This document shows positions 24,996-36,065 of a stretch of DNA of 64,000 nt, piece by piece (positions within the stretch are counted from its first letter, which is position 1; the number at the start of each line of letters is the position of its first letter). The DNA comes from Anthoceros angustus (taxonomy: Eukaryota > Plantae > Anthocerotophyta): positions 620,001-684,000 of the forward strand of contig MU008161.1 in assembly GCA_010909165.1 (NCBI GenBank). Direction: 5' to 3'. The notes below the pieces were generated by a model that was not told where the DNA came from, made no database searches, and saw only the letters and a program-made list of their open reading frames with translations. A program made the position numbers and the translations under genes.

Positions 24996-27900
24996 AATTT
25001 CCATGTGCCTTACACCAATCTTGAAAGACATTGGAGCTAAACTCACCTCCGTTATATGTCCGCAGACAGCGAACCTTGGAGCAAGTCTAAGATTCAGCCA
25101 TCACTTTAAAGTCTTGGAAGGAGCTGACAGCATCACTTTTCTTCTTCACCGGATAAGTATGTGTAAACCTACCGTAATCATCAACGACCACAAGGTAATA
25201 CTCTGCTCCCCCTAAGGAAGGCTGACTAAGTGGACCATAAATGTCTGCATGTACCAATTCAAGCAAAGTAGTTGCTCGAATTGCAATTGTATCGGTAAAA
25301 GGCAATTGCTTATGCTTGTCCACCACATAGGATTCACACATAGGCATGTGTTTGGGTAGTTTGGGTAATCCTTCTCGGGCCCTGTAACAATCTCCTTGTG
25401 AGAGTCGTAAGAGCTTAGGCAAGTTAGGATGTCCAAGTCTCATGTGCCACAAGAGTGTCTTGTTAGAAACATCTTATGTGCTACATCACATGTAGCGATC
25501 TTCCACTTGAGGAAGATAGGTGTGAGTCAAGGACATATAGCTCATCTTGAGCTCTTCCAATGGCAATGCACGCTCGGGCCTTACCCTCAAACAATGACAT
25601 GCATCATTGGTAAAGAGGAATTGTATATTACATCCGTAGTGAGAGCACGAACAGAGAGAAGGTTCTTGGACATAGAAGGTACATAGAGCACATTGTCAAG
25701 AAATAGCTCCGTTCCTAGCGAAGTAGTTAGTTGTATAGTACCTTTCCCTTCAATAGCAACAGTCTGTCGTCTGCGACAATCACCACTTGTTCAGAGTAGT
25801 CTAACAAAAGTGGTGAATAAATCTCTATTGTTGCAGATATTAGCGGACGCGCCTGAATCAAGGTACCAAAGGGATGTCGAGTCTCTAGATGTAGAGAAAC
25901 ACACAGTCATCACAGAAGGGATCGTGCGTGTAGGGCTCTCAGCTACAAGGTATGATTAGGGGGGAATTTTCTAGGCTCCTACCTTTTCTTCGACAATCTT
26001 TCTCCCAATTTCTTTCGATGAGGCACCAATTACAAGCTCCCTTTTCTTCCTTTTTTTATTCGACCTTTGCTTATGTCATTGACATTAAACCACGGTTTCT
26101 TGTTCCACTTGCCCTTTCTCTCGTAAGAAGGACCTTGTCATGTTGATTAGAGGTTGAACTTGCATTTAACCTCCTCATTGTTTCCTCGCAGCATAGCTCC
26201 AGCTATTTGAGCCACCTGGATGGTGTTTGATCATGTGTTGCGCTGAAGTTGCAAGAAGGGGCCCATTATGCGACACGAAACCTTGCCCCTAGGTGGTAGG
26301 CTAGAGATAGTTGGGCGACATCCAGTCGAGACATGGTGGAGTTAAGAAGAGCAAGGGATCTCAAGTGTCTAAACTTGCCAAGTAAGCTGCCACGCTCTCC
26401 TTCTCCTTAAGCCGCAGGTGGTAGAAACTCATCACAGCTTCCACCAAGGTCGTGACATTTTGTACTTTATACAAGTTGGCCGTTATCCCAAATCTCCTTG
26501 GCGATTGCCAGCGTGATCCATCATGGACTCATCGAGACCGCTAATGATAAAGTACTGCGGTCTTGTTACCTTTGTTCCACTCATCGATAGTTTGTTGTGA
26601 TGGGGTTTCCGGACTTGTAGGATTTCGATGCAGGGAGCTTGTTCTTCGAGACAAATTCCCATCGTCCTTTAGATCTAGAGGCTGCTTTCATCCATAGCCC
26701 AATATTGTACTTGTGCCATTGAAATGGTCATGTTCTGAACTCGGTGCTACTTTGTGTGGTATGATATACATTGGTTGTCATGGAATTGCACGAGGAGATG
26801 TTCGACATCTTCTTATCGTTATAGAGTAGACCCAAGGTATTATGATGCCTTGGACACAAGCTATCACGATAAGGAATAATTAGGTCTAAATCATTAGATA
26901 AAATACCTAAATATTAAAATAACTAAATAATAACTGGTAGGTTAATAAGAACCTTTCACATTTTAACAATTATTGGGCGTTATTTGGGCACCATTGTATG
27001 GCCAACCATTGTCGGGCATTGGGCACCATTGTTGGGCGTTACGCCATTATTGTTGGGCGTTATTTGGGCACCATTCTATGGCTAGCCACTATCGTTGGGC
27101 GCCATTATTGTTGGGCGTTAATTGGGCGCCATAATTCTTTCATAATCCTTTCATTCAATCTTCCGGCCGGAAGATTGAATGAAAGAATTTCCATGTGCCT
27201 TACACCAATCTTGAAAGACATTGGAGCTAAACTCACCTCCGTTATATGTCCGCAGACAGCGAACCTTGGAGCAAGTCTAAGATTCAGCCATCACTTTAAA
27301 GTCTTGGAAGGAGCTGACAGCATCACTTTTCTTCTTCACCGGATAAGTATGTGTAAACCTACCGTAATCATCAACGACCACAAGGTAATACTCTGCTCCC
27401 CCTAAGGAAGGCTGACGGAGTGGACCACAAATGTCCGCATGTACCAATTCCAAGCAAAGTAGTTGCTCGAGTTGCACTTGTGTTGGTAAAAGGCAATTGC
27501 TTATGCTTGTCCACCACATAGGATTCACACATAGGCATGTGTTTGGGTAGTTTGGGTAATCCTTCTCGGGCCCTGTAACAATCTCCTTGTGAGAGTCGTA
27601 AGAGCTTAGGCAAGTTAGGATGTCCAAGTCTCATGTGCCACAAGAGTGTCTTGTTAGAAACATCTACAGGCATATGTGCTATATCACATGTAGCAGATCT
27701 TCTACTTGATGAAGATATTGGTGTGAGCTGAAGGACATATAGCTCATCTTGAGCTCTTCCAATGGCTATGCACTGTTCTGGGGCCTTACCCTCAAACAGT
27801 CGACATCCATCATTGGTAAAGAGAAATTGTATATTACATCGGTAGTGAGAGCCGCGAGCAGAGAAGGTTCTTGGACATAGAAGGTACATAGAGCACATTG

Positions 27901-30900
27901 TCAAGAAATAGCTCCGTTCCTAGCGAAGTAGTTAGTTGTATAGTACCTTTCCCTTCAATATCAACATGTCTGTCGTCTGTGACAATCACCACTTGTTCAG
28001 AGTAGTCTAGCACAAAAGTGGTGAATAAATCTCCATTGTTGCAGATATTAGCGGACGCGCCTGAATCAAGGTATCAAAGGGATGTCGAGTCTCTAGATGT
28101 AGAGAAACACACAGTCATCACAGAAGGGATGGTGCGTATAGGGCTCTCAGCTACAAGGTATGATTCAGGGGGCCGGGATTGTCTAGGCTCCCCTACCTTT
28201 TTCTTACGACAATCTTTCTCCCAATTTCTTTCGATGAGGCACCGATTACAAGCTCCCTTTTTCTTCCTTTTGCTGTTCTGACCTTTGCTTATGTCATTGA
28301 CATTAAACCTGCCTGGTTTCTTGTTCCACTTGCCCTTTCTCTCCGTAAGAAGGACCTTGTCATGTTGATTAGAGGTTGAACTTGCATTTAACCTCCTCAT
28401 TGTTTCCTCCTGCAGCATAGCTCCAGCTTTTTGAGCCACTGTTATGGATGGTGTTTGATCTGTAGCTGTTGCCGCTGAAGTTGCAAGAAGGGGCCCATTG
28501 TGCAGCGACACGAAACCTTGCCAGCTAGGTGGTAGGCTAGAGAATAGTTGGGCAGCGACATCCAATTCAGACATGGTGGAGTTAAGAAGAGCAAGCTGGG
28601 ATCTCAAGTGTCTAAACTTGCCCAGGTAAGCCGCAACGCTCTCCTTCTCCTTAAGCCGCAGTGAGTAGAAACTCATCCTGGCTTCCACCAAGGTCGTGAT
28701 ATTTTGTACTTTATACAAGTTGGCCAGATTATCCCAAATCTTCTTGGCACTGTCAATGCCAACAGCGTGATCCATCTTGGACTCATCGAGACCGCTAATG
28801 ATAAAGTACTTCGCGGTCTTGTTACCTTTGTTCCACTCATCGATAGTTTGTTGTGATGGGGGTTCCGGTCCTGATGTAGAGTTTCCCAGTACGGGAGCTT
28901 GTTGCTTCCCAGAGACAAATTCCCATACGTCCTTCAGATCTAGAACTGCTTTCATCCTGATAGCCCCAATATTGTACTTGGTGCCATTGAAATGGTCATG
29001 TGTTCTCCCGAATCTCTTTTGTGGTATGATATACATTGGTTGTCATGGAATTGCCTGAGGGAGATGTTCTTGACATCTTCTTATCGTTATAGGTAGACCC
29101 AAGGTATTATGATGCCTTGGACACAAGCTATCACGATAAGGGGAAGGAATAATTAGGTCTAAATCATTAGATAAAATACCCTAAATATTAAAATAAAGTC
29201 AAATATGGCCTTCAACTATCGGAATGTTGAAGACGCCAGTTGGTGGCGTTTCACGCCTTACCAACGTGCCCGCTCAAATCTCAGGAGGTGAGCTGGAGAC
29301 TTGCCGCGAGGCGAGAGCTTCTTGCGAGGGCCTAAGTAAATTGATGAGAACAGTAATCTTGATATGAAGTTGATTGATCACTTCCAAAAGTTCCCCGGAT
29401 GTCAATCGCGTGTCCTCTTTACTGTAAGTGGTAGGTTCTCCTTTACCAAATAAAGCCCTTTGGGCTCTTTCCGCGGTCGAGTTTGCGAGGTTCTGTTGAG
29501 ATGGCGGCATAGGGCACCAATTACAAGCTCCCTTTTCTTCCTTTTCTTCGACCTTTGCTTATGTCATTGACATTAAACCCCTTTTCTTGTTCCACTTGCC
29601 CTTTCTCTCCGTAAGAAGGACCTTGTCATGTTGATTAGAGGTTGAACTTGCATTTAACCTCCTCATTGTTTCCTCCTGCAAAGATAGCTCCGACTATTTG
29701 AGCCCTTTATTGGATGGTGTTTGATCTGTTGCCTGAAGTTGCAAGAAGGGGCCATTGTGCGTGACACGAAACCTTGCCACTAGGTGGTAGGCTAGAGAAT
29801 AGTTGGGCGTGACATCCAATTCAGACATGGTGGAGTTAAGAAGAGCAAGCTGGGATCTCAAGTGTCTAAACTTGCCCAAGTAGCCACGCCTCCTTCTCCT
29901 TAAGCCGCGGTGGTAGAAACTCATCACAGCTTCCACCAAGGTCGTGACATTTTGTACTTTATACAAGTTGGCCAGATTATCCCAAATCTTCTTGGCACTG
30001 TCAATGCCAACAGCGTGATCCATCATGGACTCATCAAGCTAATGATAAAGTACTTGTCTTGTTACCTTTGTTCCACTCATCGATAGTTTGTTGTGATGGG
30101 GTTTCCACGATGAGAGTTTCGCACGGAGCTTGTTTCTTCGACAAATTCCCATACGTCCTTTAGATCTAGAGCGCTTTCATCCGATAGCCCCAATATTGTA
30201 CTTGGTGCCATTGAAATGGTCATGTTCTCTGAATTCGGTGCTACTTTGTGTGGTATGATATACATTGGTTGTCATGGAATTGCACGAGGAGATGTTCTTG
30301 ACATCTTCTTATAGGTAGACCCAAGGTATTATGATGCCTTGGACACAAGCTATCACGATAAGAGGAAAGAATAATTAGGTCTAAATCATTAGATAATATA
30401 TTCTAAATATTAAAATAAAGTCAAATATGGCCTTCAACTATCGGAATGTTGAAGACGCCAGTTGGTGGCGTTTCACGCCTTACCAACGTGCCCGCTCAAA
30501 TCTCAGTGGAGACCGGGCGAGAGCTTCTTCGAGGGCCTAGTAGATTGATGAGATGAATCTTGATATGAAGTTGATTGATCACTTCCAAAAGTTCCCCGGA
30601 TGTCAATCGCGTGTCCTCTTTACTGTAAGTGGTAGGTTCTCCTTTACCAAATAAAGCCCTTTGGGCTCTTTCCGCGGTCGAGTTTGCGAGGTTCCTGTTG
30701 AGATGGCGATGCATAGGGCACCAATTTTTGTAACTGAATGCTCTGGCCTTGACCACGGCTTGGAGGCGCCCATGCTAGCCGCACATGACTCCGAGATTGT
30801 TCCCTCATGGTTGTGGTAGGAGGAACCACACGCTGTGCCATTACCCAGTCTCCTTTGTCATTTCTTATTTCATGGACAAGTCAGAGTTTGCATTGCGCAT

Positions 30901-31190
30901 TTTCAAGGAGCATAGAATCATCATCACATGTAGATCTGCCGCATCATGACCCAAAGATCGGGTGCTCTGATACCAAGTGAAAGAGCGAAGACACGAACGA
31001 TAGAACTTCGTAGCTTGACTCTTTCGATTAATTATCAACAATACAAAAATGTGTTCATATACGTTATTACGAAACGACGTACTAAAAACCCTAGACTAGC
31101 TTTGTGTGTTAGAGATGTGCCCCTTCACAAAGTAGGTGGACCGTGAAGAGAGGATCAAAACGCTATGCATAACGATAGCAATAGCTAACA
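24985..31190 (-). mobile_element. Copia element A, 5' part (5' LTR, PBS, gag, protease, integrase N-terminal half) with two internal tandem duplications
   Basis: PBS GCTCTGATACCA at 30964-30975; putative LTR from 30978 (far end ~31190 unverified); WYLDSGASAN-type protease; LWHMRLGH, ELVHADI and GGAEYYLVVVDDYGRFT integrase motifs. DWCKAHG at ~25000 joins YTLPCTSQENG at ~6110. Confidence 0.88.
28074..29036 (-). CDS. Copia A gag (UBN2-type) ORF, 320 aa
   Basis: FNGTKY..AIRMKAVLDLKDVWEFV...AKKIWDNL...FYSLRLKEKESVAAYLGKF...LFSSLPPSW...LQEE...C..C zinc-knuckle remnant. Confidence 0.85.
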   Translation of the reverse strand: MYIIPQKRFGRTHDHFNGTKYNIGAIRMKAVLDLKDVWEFVSGKQQAPVLGNSTSGPEPPSQQTIDEWNKGNKTAKYFIISGLDESKMDHAVGIDSAKKIWDNLANLYKVQNITTLVEARMSFYSLRLKEKESVAAYLGKFRHLRSQLALLNSTMSELDVAAQLFSSLPPSWQGFVSLHNGPLLATSAATATDQTPSITVAQKAGAMLQEETMRRLNASSTSNQHDKVLLTERKGKWNKKPGRFNVNDISKGQNSKRKKKGACNRCLIERNWEKDCRKKKVGEPRQSRPPESYLVAESPIRTIPSVMTVCFSTSRDSTSL

Positions 31191-31504
31191 ACCGGCTGAA
31201 CTGGCCAGCTTTGAGATGAAAAAGTACTGAGATAGCGTAGATAGAGACAAATAAGGAAGAATTAAATTAATAAAATGATAATGAAAAATATTTTTATCTC
31301 CAAATTTTGTTCATTATGTCACTGAAAAATATTTGTATCTCCAAAGTTTGTTCATTATGTCATTGATTTATACACATGAGATAGAAAAAAAATGCCTGAT
31401 CAAAGGAAGAGGTGATCAAGGTTCATTTACGAGACGTGTTCCAATCTCTACTATCAGCATAGGAACGTCTTTTCGGGATTTACTATTTCCATCTTGGAAT
31501 TAGC

Positions 31505-33130
31505 CATAGGTACTAGGTAAGGCAACCCTCTAGGCGGTGCCCTCTTTGCCATCACCCACTACAGGGCCCTTTCTAGGGCTGCTTCCTCTGCGTATGATTG
31601 TGTCTTCCCGTCGCTGGTAGACGACTCTCACATCCTTGGGCCTGGGGACAAGGTTAAGGACGCCTTCCAGCTCTTCTCCTATGAGCTTTCTTTGGTCGGC
31701 TTAAAAGTCAAGCTCTCTAAGTGGCGCGTATGGTCCCCGTCGGGTATCCTCCCCAATTTGTAGTTCCCTGCCGGGGAGATTGCTCCAGCCTTGGGTTTAC
31801 GGATTTTGGGGGTCCCCTTCGGCTCCCCTAACTTCATTGGGAGCTTCCTGGACCAGGCTCGCGCGGAGGACTTGTCCCATGTCGAGGACCTCCCTTTGTT
31901 GGGAGATGCTAAGGTGGCTTTTGGAACTCTTTCCTCCTGCTTCACTAGGCGCCCTGGTTACCTCATCCGCACGCTCCCCCCGACTCCTGTTCTCATGTCT
32001 CAACTTCAAGTGTTTGACTTCAAGAAGATAATGGATACTCGTGGTGACATCATCGGCCCAAGGGCTTTCGAGTGCCCTGCGGGCGATTTGGCCCGCTGGC
32101 AAGCATCCATGACAGTGTAGTTTAAGGGTGCTGACCTCCTCTCAGTAGAGGTTTCTTCCCCGGCGGCTTTTTTAGACAGCTGGGCCCTATTAACTCCTGC
32201 TTTGGCCTCTCGCTTCATCCTCCAAGACAGGCCCTTTCTGCAGACTCTTGTGTCTAGTATGGAAAAGGGAACGTTCCCTCTCCAAATTTCCTTGAGGCAG
32301 GCCAGGGAAATGCTTTCTGTGGATGCTCGGCGGAATTTTCCTCCTTTCTCGACATTCATCTCCGAAAGTTTCAAGAAGTTGCAGGCGTTGTTGCTTGAGA
32401 AGCAGCTCGGCCAAGGTTTCCAGTCCGTCCTCTTGGACTCCTCCATCCCTAGGTCCACAAGAGCTCGGCTTCGCTCTTGTTTTGGTAAGGGAGCAGGCGC
32501 TTGGCTCTTGGCTCGTCTATGTATTCGGGGTTTTGTGATCGCACCAGCCACCTTCACCACTGCGATGCGATTTGGTCATGGCCTGCTTCAGCTTGTGGTG
32601 TCTTCCCTTCTTACCTGCGAGTGCGGCTCTGTCCTCGATGACTCCGGGGTACACCTTGCTCGTTGTTCCTATGGAAGTCATCACATCGTCACCCAGGACG
32701 CTATTCGCGATGTTATATTTGTCATAGCTCGCGAAAGCAGCTACATGGCCTAGAGGGAGCGAGGGTACATTCTTCGAACATGTCACTCAATCAGGGTTGA
32801 CTTGTACTTTGTCCGCGGTCACCAAGTTTTGGTTGCAGACGTGGTGGTTACTGATCTTGCTCGAGACACCATCTCCGCTCAGGTTATCACTAACCGTCCT
32901 GGTTGGGTTGCCGCCAGTGCTGCGGCCAGAAAGTATAGCGGAATGCAAGCGGGCCACTTCTTTGTTCTGCTCGCACTTAAAACGTATGAGGCAATGGCTA
33001 TGAACTTCGATCAATTTCTCAAGTCTTGTGCCAAATGCTATCACGTCCGCAGGCATGGCATGGCGTGGGCACTCTTTTTCACCTTGACCCACGAGGTCCA
33101 TGTCTTGTGCCGGATGGGTTTTTCCCCATC
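31505..33130 (+). mobile_element. 5'-truncated CRE-type non-LTR retrotransposon (RT, zinc knuckle, restriction-like endonuclease), degenerate
   Basis: GTR*GNPLGGALFA...SLVDDSHILG; GLRILGVPFGS; RARLRSCFGKGAGAWL; CECGSVLDDSGVHLARC...DAIRD; ADVVVTD...RKYSG...LALKTY. Confidence 0.75.
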
Positions 33131-33277
33131 GTTTTTTCCCTCAATAAAACACAATATACATTGGAACACCATCTAAATTATTAAGGAATATAATCAATAG
33201 TATCAATAGCAAAATCATTTTAACTAAAGGTTTGACTTTATAAACAGGTTAGTTCTAAAAGAATATTTTAATGTATT

Positions 33278-33678
33278 GAGTGGGAGTGTGAAAATTTAAT
33301 TATAATTAGTATAACACATATAATTAATATAATAAAATTATTAAGTGGTCTCTACAAAGTGCTAATGACATATCAAGACCAATGGGACAAGGCCATATTG
33401 GCCAAGATAGGTAGCTAAATGCACGAATGATGCTAAGAAGTCAGTCAAACCAATAGGGACCTACGTAGGTACTATGAAGGAGCTGGCTACCCTTAGTATA
33501 GTGAGTAGGGTCATGTATGTGTGCTAGTGTGTGTGAAAGCCTAGAGCTTTCTATCCCATACTCAGTACGTGTATTTGTTTCCTCTTTATAAAGGGAAATG
33601 TCCCTCTTAGATATGGTATCAAAGCTAGGTCTAACAGTCTATAAACCGTGAGTCTAAGAGTCTACATGGTATCAAAGC
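33278..33678 (+). mobile_element. Possible LTR/TRIM relic: PPT-like tract, ~325 bp segment, two PBS-like motifs
   Basis: GAGTGGGAG|TGTG at 33278-33290; TGGTATCAAAGC at 33614 and 33667. No partner LTR was found. Confidence 0.3.
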
Positions 33679-33945
33679 TATATCGTGAAATTCTTAGTCC
33701 ATTTTGAATAGGATGCTTGTGCCTTGTGCTTTTGCATAATTCTTAGCCTTATGGTTGTAAGAGCTTGTATGCAATTCTAAGGATCTAGGTAGTTATCCTA
33801 TTACTCTATGTAACTTAGATGCTCTAGTTTTAAACTTGTCTTAGATTTGAGAGGAAGTTAGAACAAGCTTACATACGCGTCCCTTGAGACATTTATAATA
33901 GAGTTTCGAGGGAAAAACTTTACAAAAAAAAGTTTAGAGGGAAGA

Positions 33946-34108
33946 TTTTTTTTGTGGATGTTATAGGTAAAGATGCTTCTCATTACTTTTTTTTGTGGAT
34001 GTTATAGCTAAAGATGGTTCTCATTACTTTTTTTTGTGGATGCTATAGCTAAAGATGCTTCTCATTACTTTTTTTTGTGGATGTTATAGCTAAAGATGCT
34101 TCTCATTC
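33946..34108. repeat. 41-bp tandem repeat x4
   Basis: GTGGATG(T/C)TATAG(G/C)TAAAGATG(C/G)TTCTCATT units at 33954, 33995, 34036 and 34077. Confidence 0.92.
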
Positions 34109-34144
34109 ATGGAGGTCTTTGAAAATTGGTCCAAGCTGGTCTTG

Positions 34145-34430
34145 GAGCCAATGCAATCTCATTGGCTTACATAGCCTTTACTCATGGGCCCCTAATTTAC
34201 CATGTCCTTTACTCATTGGTGTGACTTGCCATGTCTTTTACTCATTGGCTTACATGGCCTTTACTCATTGGTGTGATTTGCGTGTCCTTCACCCATTGGC
34301 TTACATGGCCTTTACTCATTGGTACGATTGCCATGTCCTTTACTTATGGGCTTACATAGGCCCTTTACTCCTGGGTGTCACTTACCATGTCCTTTTCTCA
34401 TTAGCTTACCTGGCCTTTACTCATTGATCT
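34145..34430. repeat. ~21-23 bp degenerate minisatellite (TTACTCATTGG core)
   Basis: Recurring cctttactcattgg(cttacatgg|tgtgacttg) units. Confidence 0.8.
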
Positions 34431-35069
34431 TGATTTGTCATGATTTACTTTCTAAAAATCACTTAATCATTTTATCATCTTCAGTTTAATGAGTTGCATA
34501 ATTGTTATTAAGTTTAATGTGTTGTACTAATAATTTTAACCCCGTAACCGTAACGCAAAGAAGGGTTTTCGCTACTTTTGGTCGATTTGTAGTTTTTAAT
34601 CAATAACTAAACGAGGAAAAATGGTCGATTTGTAGTTTTTAATCAATAACTAAACGAGGATTTGAGTTGAGCACGACTCAATTTGAGTTGAATCAGAGTT
34701 CTAGGGCTGATGTATTGTACTAATTATAGTAAATCTCATTGTGTTATATTTTAATGTGTTATAATAATTATAATTAATTTCGATATGTTCAAATAATCAT
34801 AATTAAGTTCAATATGTTGAACTAATTATAACTAAGGTTAATCTGTTATAGTAATCATAATTACGTTTAATGTGTTGTATTAATTGTAATTAAGTCGTGG
34901 TGGGAATCCCTAATACCTAGATACTCGGCTATGTATGCGTGCTGCGCGTTGGCATCCTAAGAAACTAGAAATCAAGATGGAGGCTAGGACAGCATCACCA
35001 AAGGAGACCCCTGGAGTCACAAATAATAAGCCAGGCCAGGCCTTTTGGCTGTGATTTGTATGAAGTGCT

Positions 35070-35850
35070 ACTTTCATATCTATCTACGGATCCGAATAGG
35101 AGGGACTGGTCCATGCTTATCAGGTAGGAAAATACAGGTGTCCTTGCCAATGATAAAATCAGCAACCATCGTGGACACATGTCCTAATCCATGAGTGCAT
35201 CTCTTCCGACACCCGGCTAGTGTCGGCGGCTTCTCAAGCATTTTGAAGGCGAAGTGCCAAATGGTCCTATGTACCTGCCCTCGTCTATACAAGAATTGGC
35301 TCTTATCTCAACATGATTTCCTATCTTCACCTGCAGTAGCTGCATCACAAAGCAGAGATCTATTACTTCACCCAGATGGATGATATATAATCCACTAGTC
35401 TAACAGGTCATCTCCAATGTTATTGTCTGCTTGCGAATTACTTCACCCAGATGGATGGTATCCACTAACAGGCAAAACTGCAGTCTTTAATGTCTGCTTG
35501 CGAATCACAGTTTCATGATGTTGTTGCTCTTCCCCATATAGCTTTAAAGCAATCCGACACGCTTGTATTTGGGCACACAAACCACAACAGCGTCTGGGTA
35601 CCTGAGGTTTCTTGATTGCGTCACCTTTTCGTTGACCACAACCAAATCCTACCACCAAAAAATCCCAGGTGATAATATGAACCTGAATACCATATTGGAT
35701 AACACAGACCCCATCGTGGAGGATGCAAGATTCTCCGATGAAGCAGTCCTGCAAGGGAACGTAGTACCTGCAACGCAAGTAGACGCAACAGTAGGCAGAA
35801 ATAGAAATCCGTCTCGGTTAACATCGATATCCTCAACAAATCTGACAGCG
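35070..35850 (-). pseudogene. LpxD: Partial, internally deleted duplicate of the LpxD gene
   Basis: Copies of exons YYVPLQDCFIGESCILHDGV, ..KKPQ and LLQVKIGNHVEIRANSCIDEG with their introns, then a jump into the last exon and 3' UTR (match to 38430-38610). Confidence 0.85.
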
Positions 35851-36065
35851 AAGGCCAATTGCAGACTTCAAACGGGTCTGCGTATGTGCTTATACGGTGA
35901 ACAATCTTTGAGGATACAAATATTTATCATCACCATTTTGCCCTTGTGTTGGATTCGATACTCCTCTTTTCTCCCACCAGAAATCAAACTAGTCTACCTG
36001 TTTTCTCACCTGATCAATGCTCGCCACTGCAGGTTTGTTGTAAGCTACTGCTACCATTCTGTGTT

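Noticed and set aside
33946-34430. 41-bp and ~22-bp arrays as CRISPR or iteron-like elements
   Set aside because: Head-to-tail minisatellites without spacers or associated genes.
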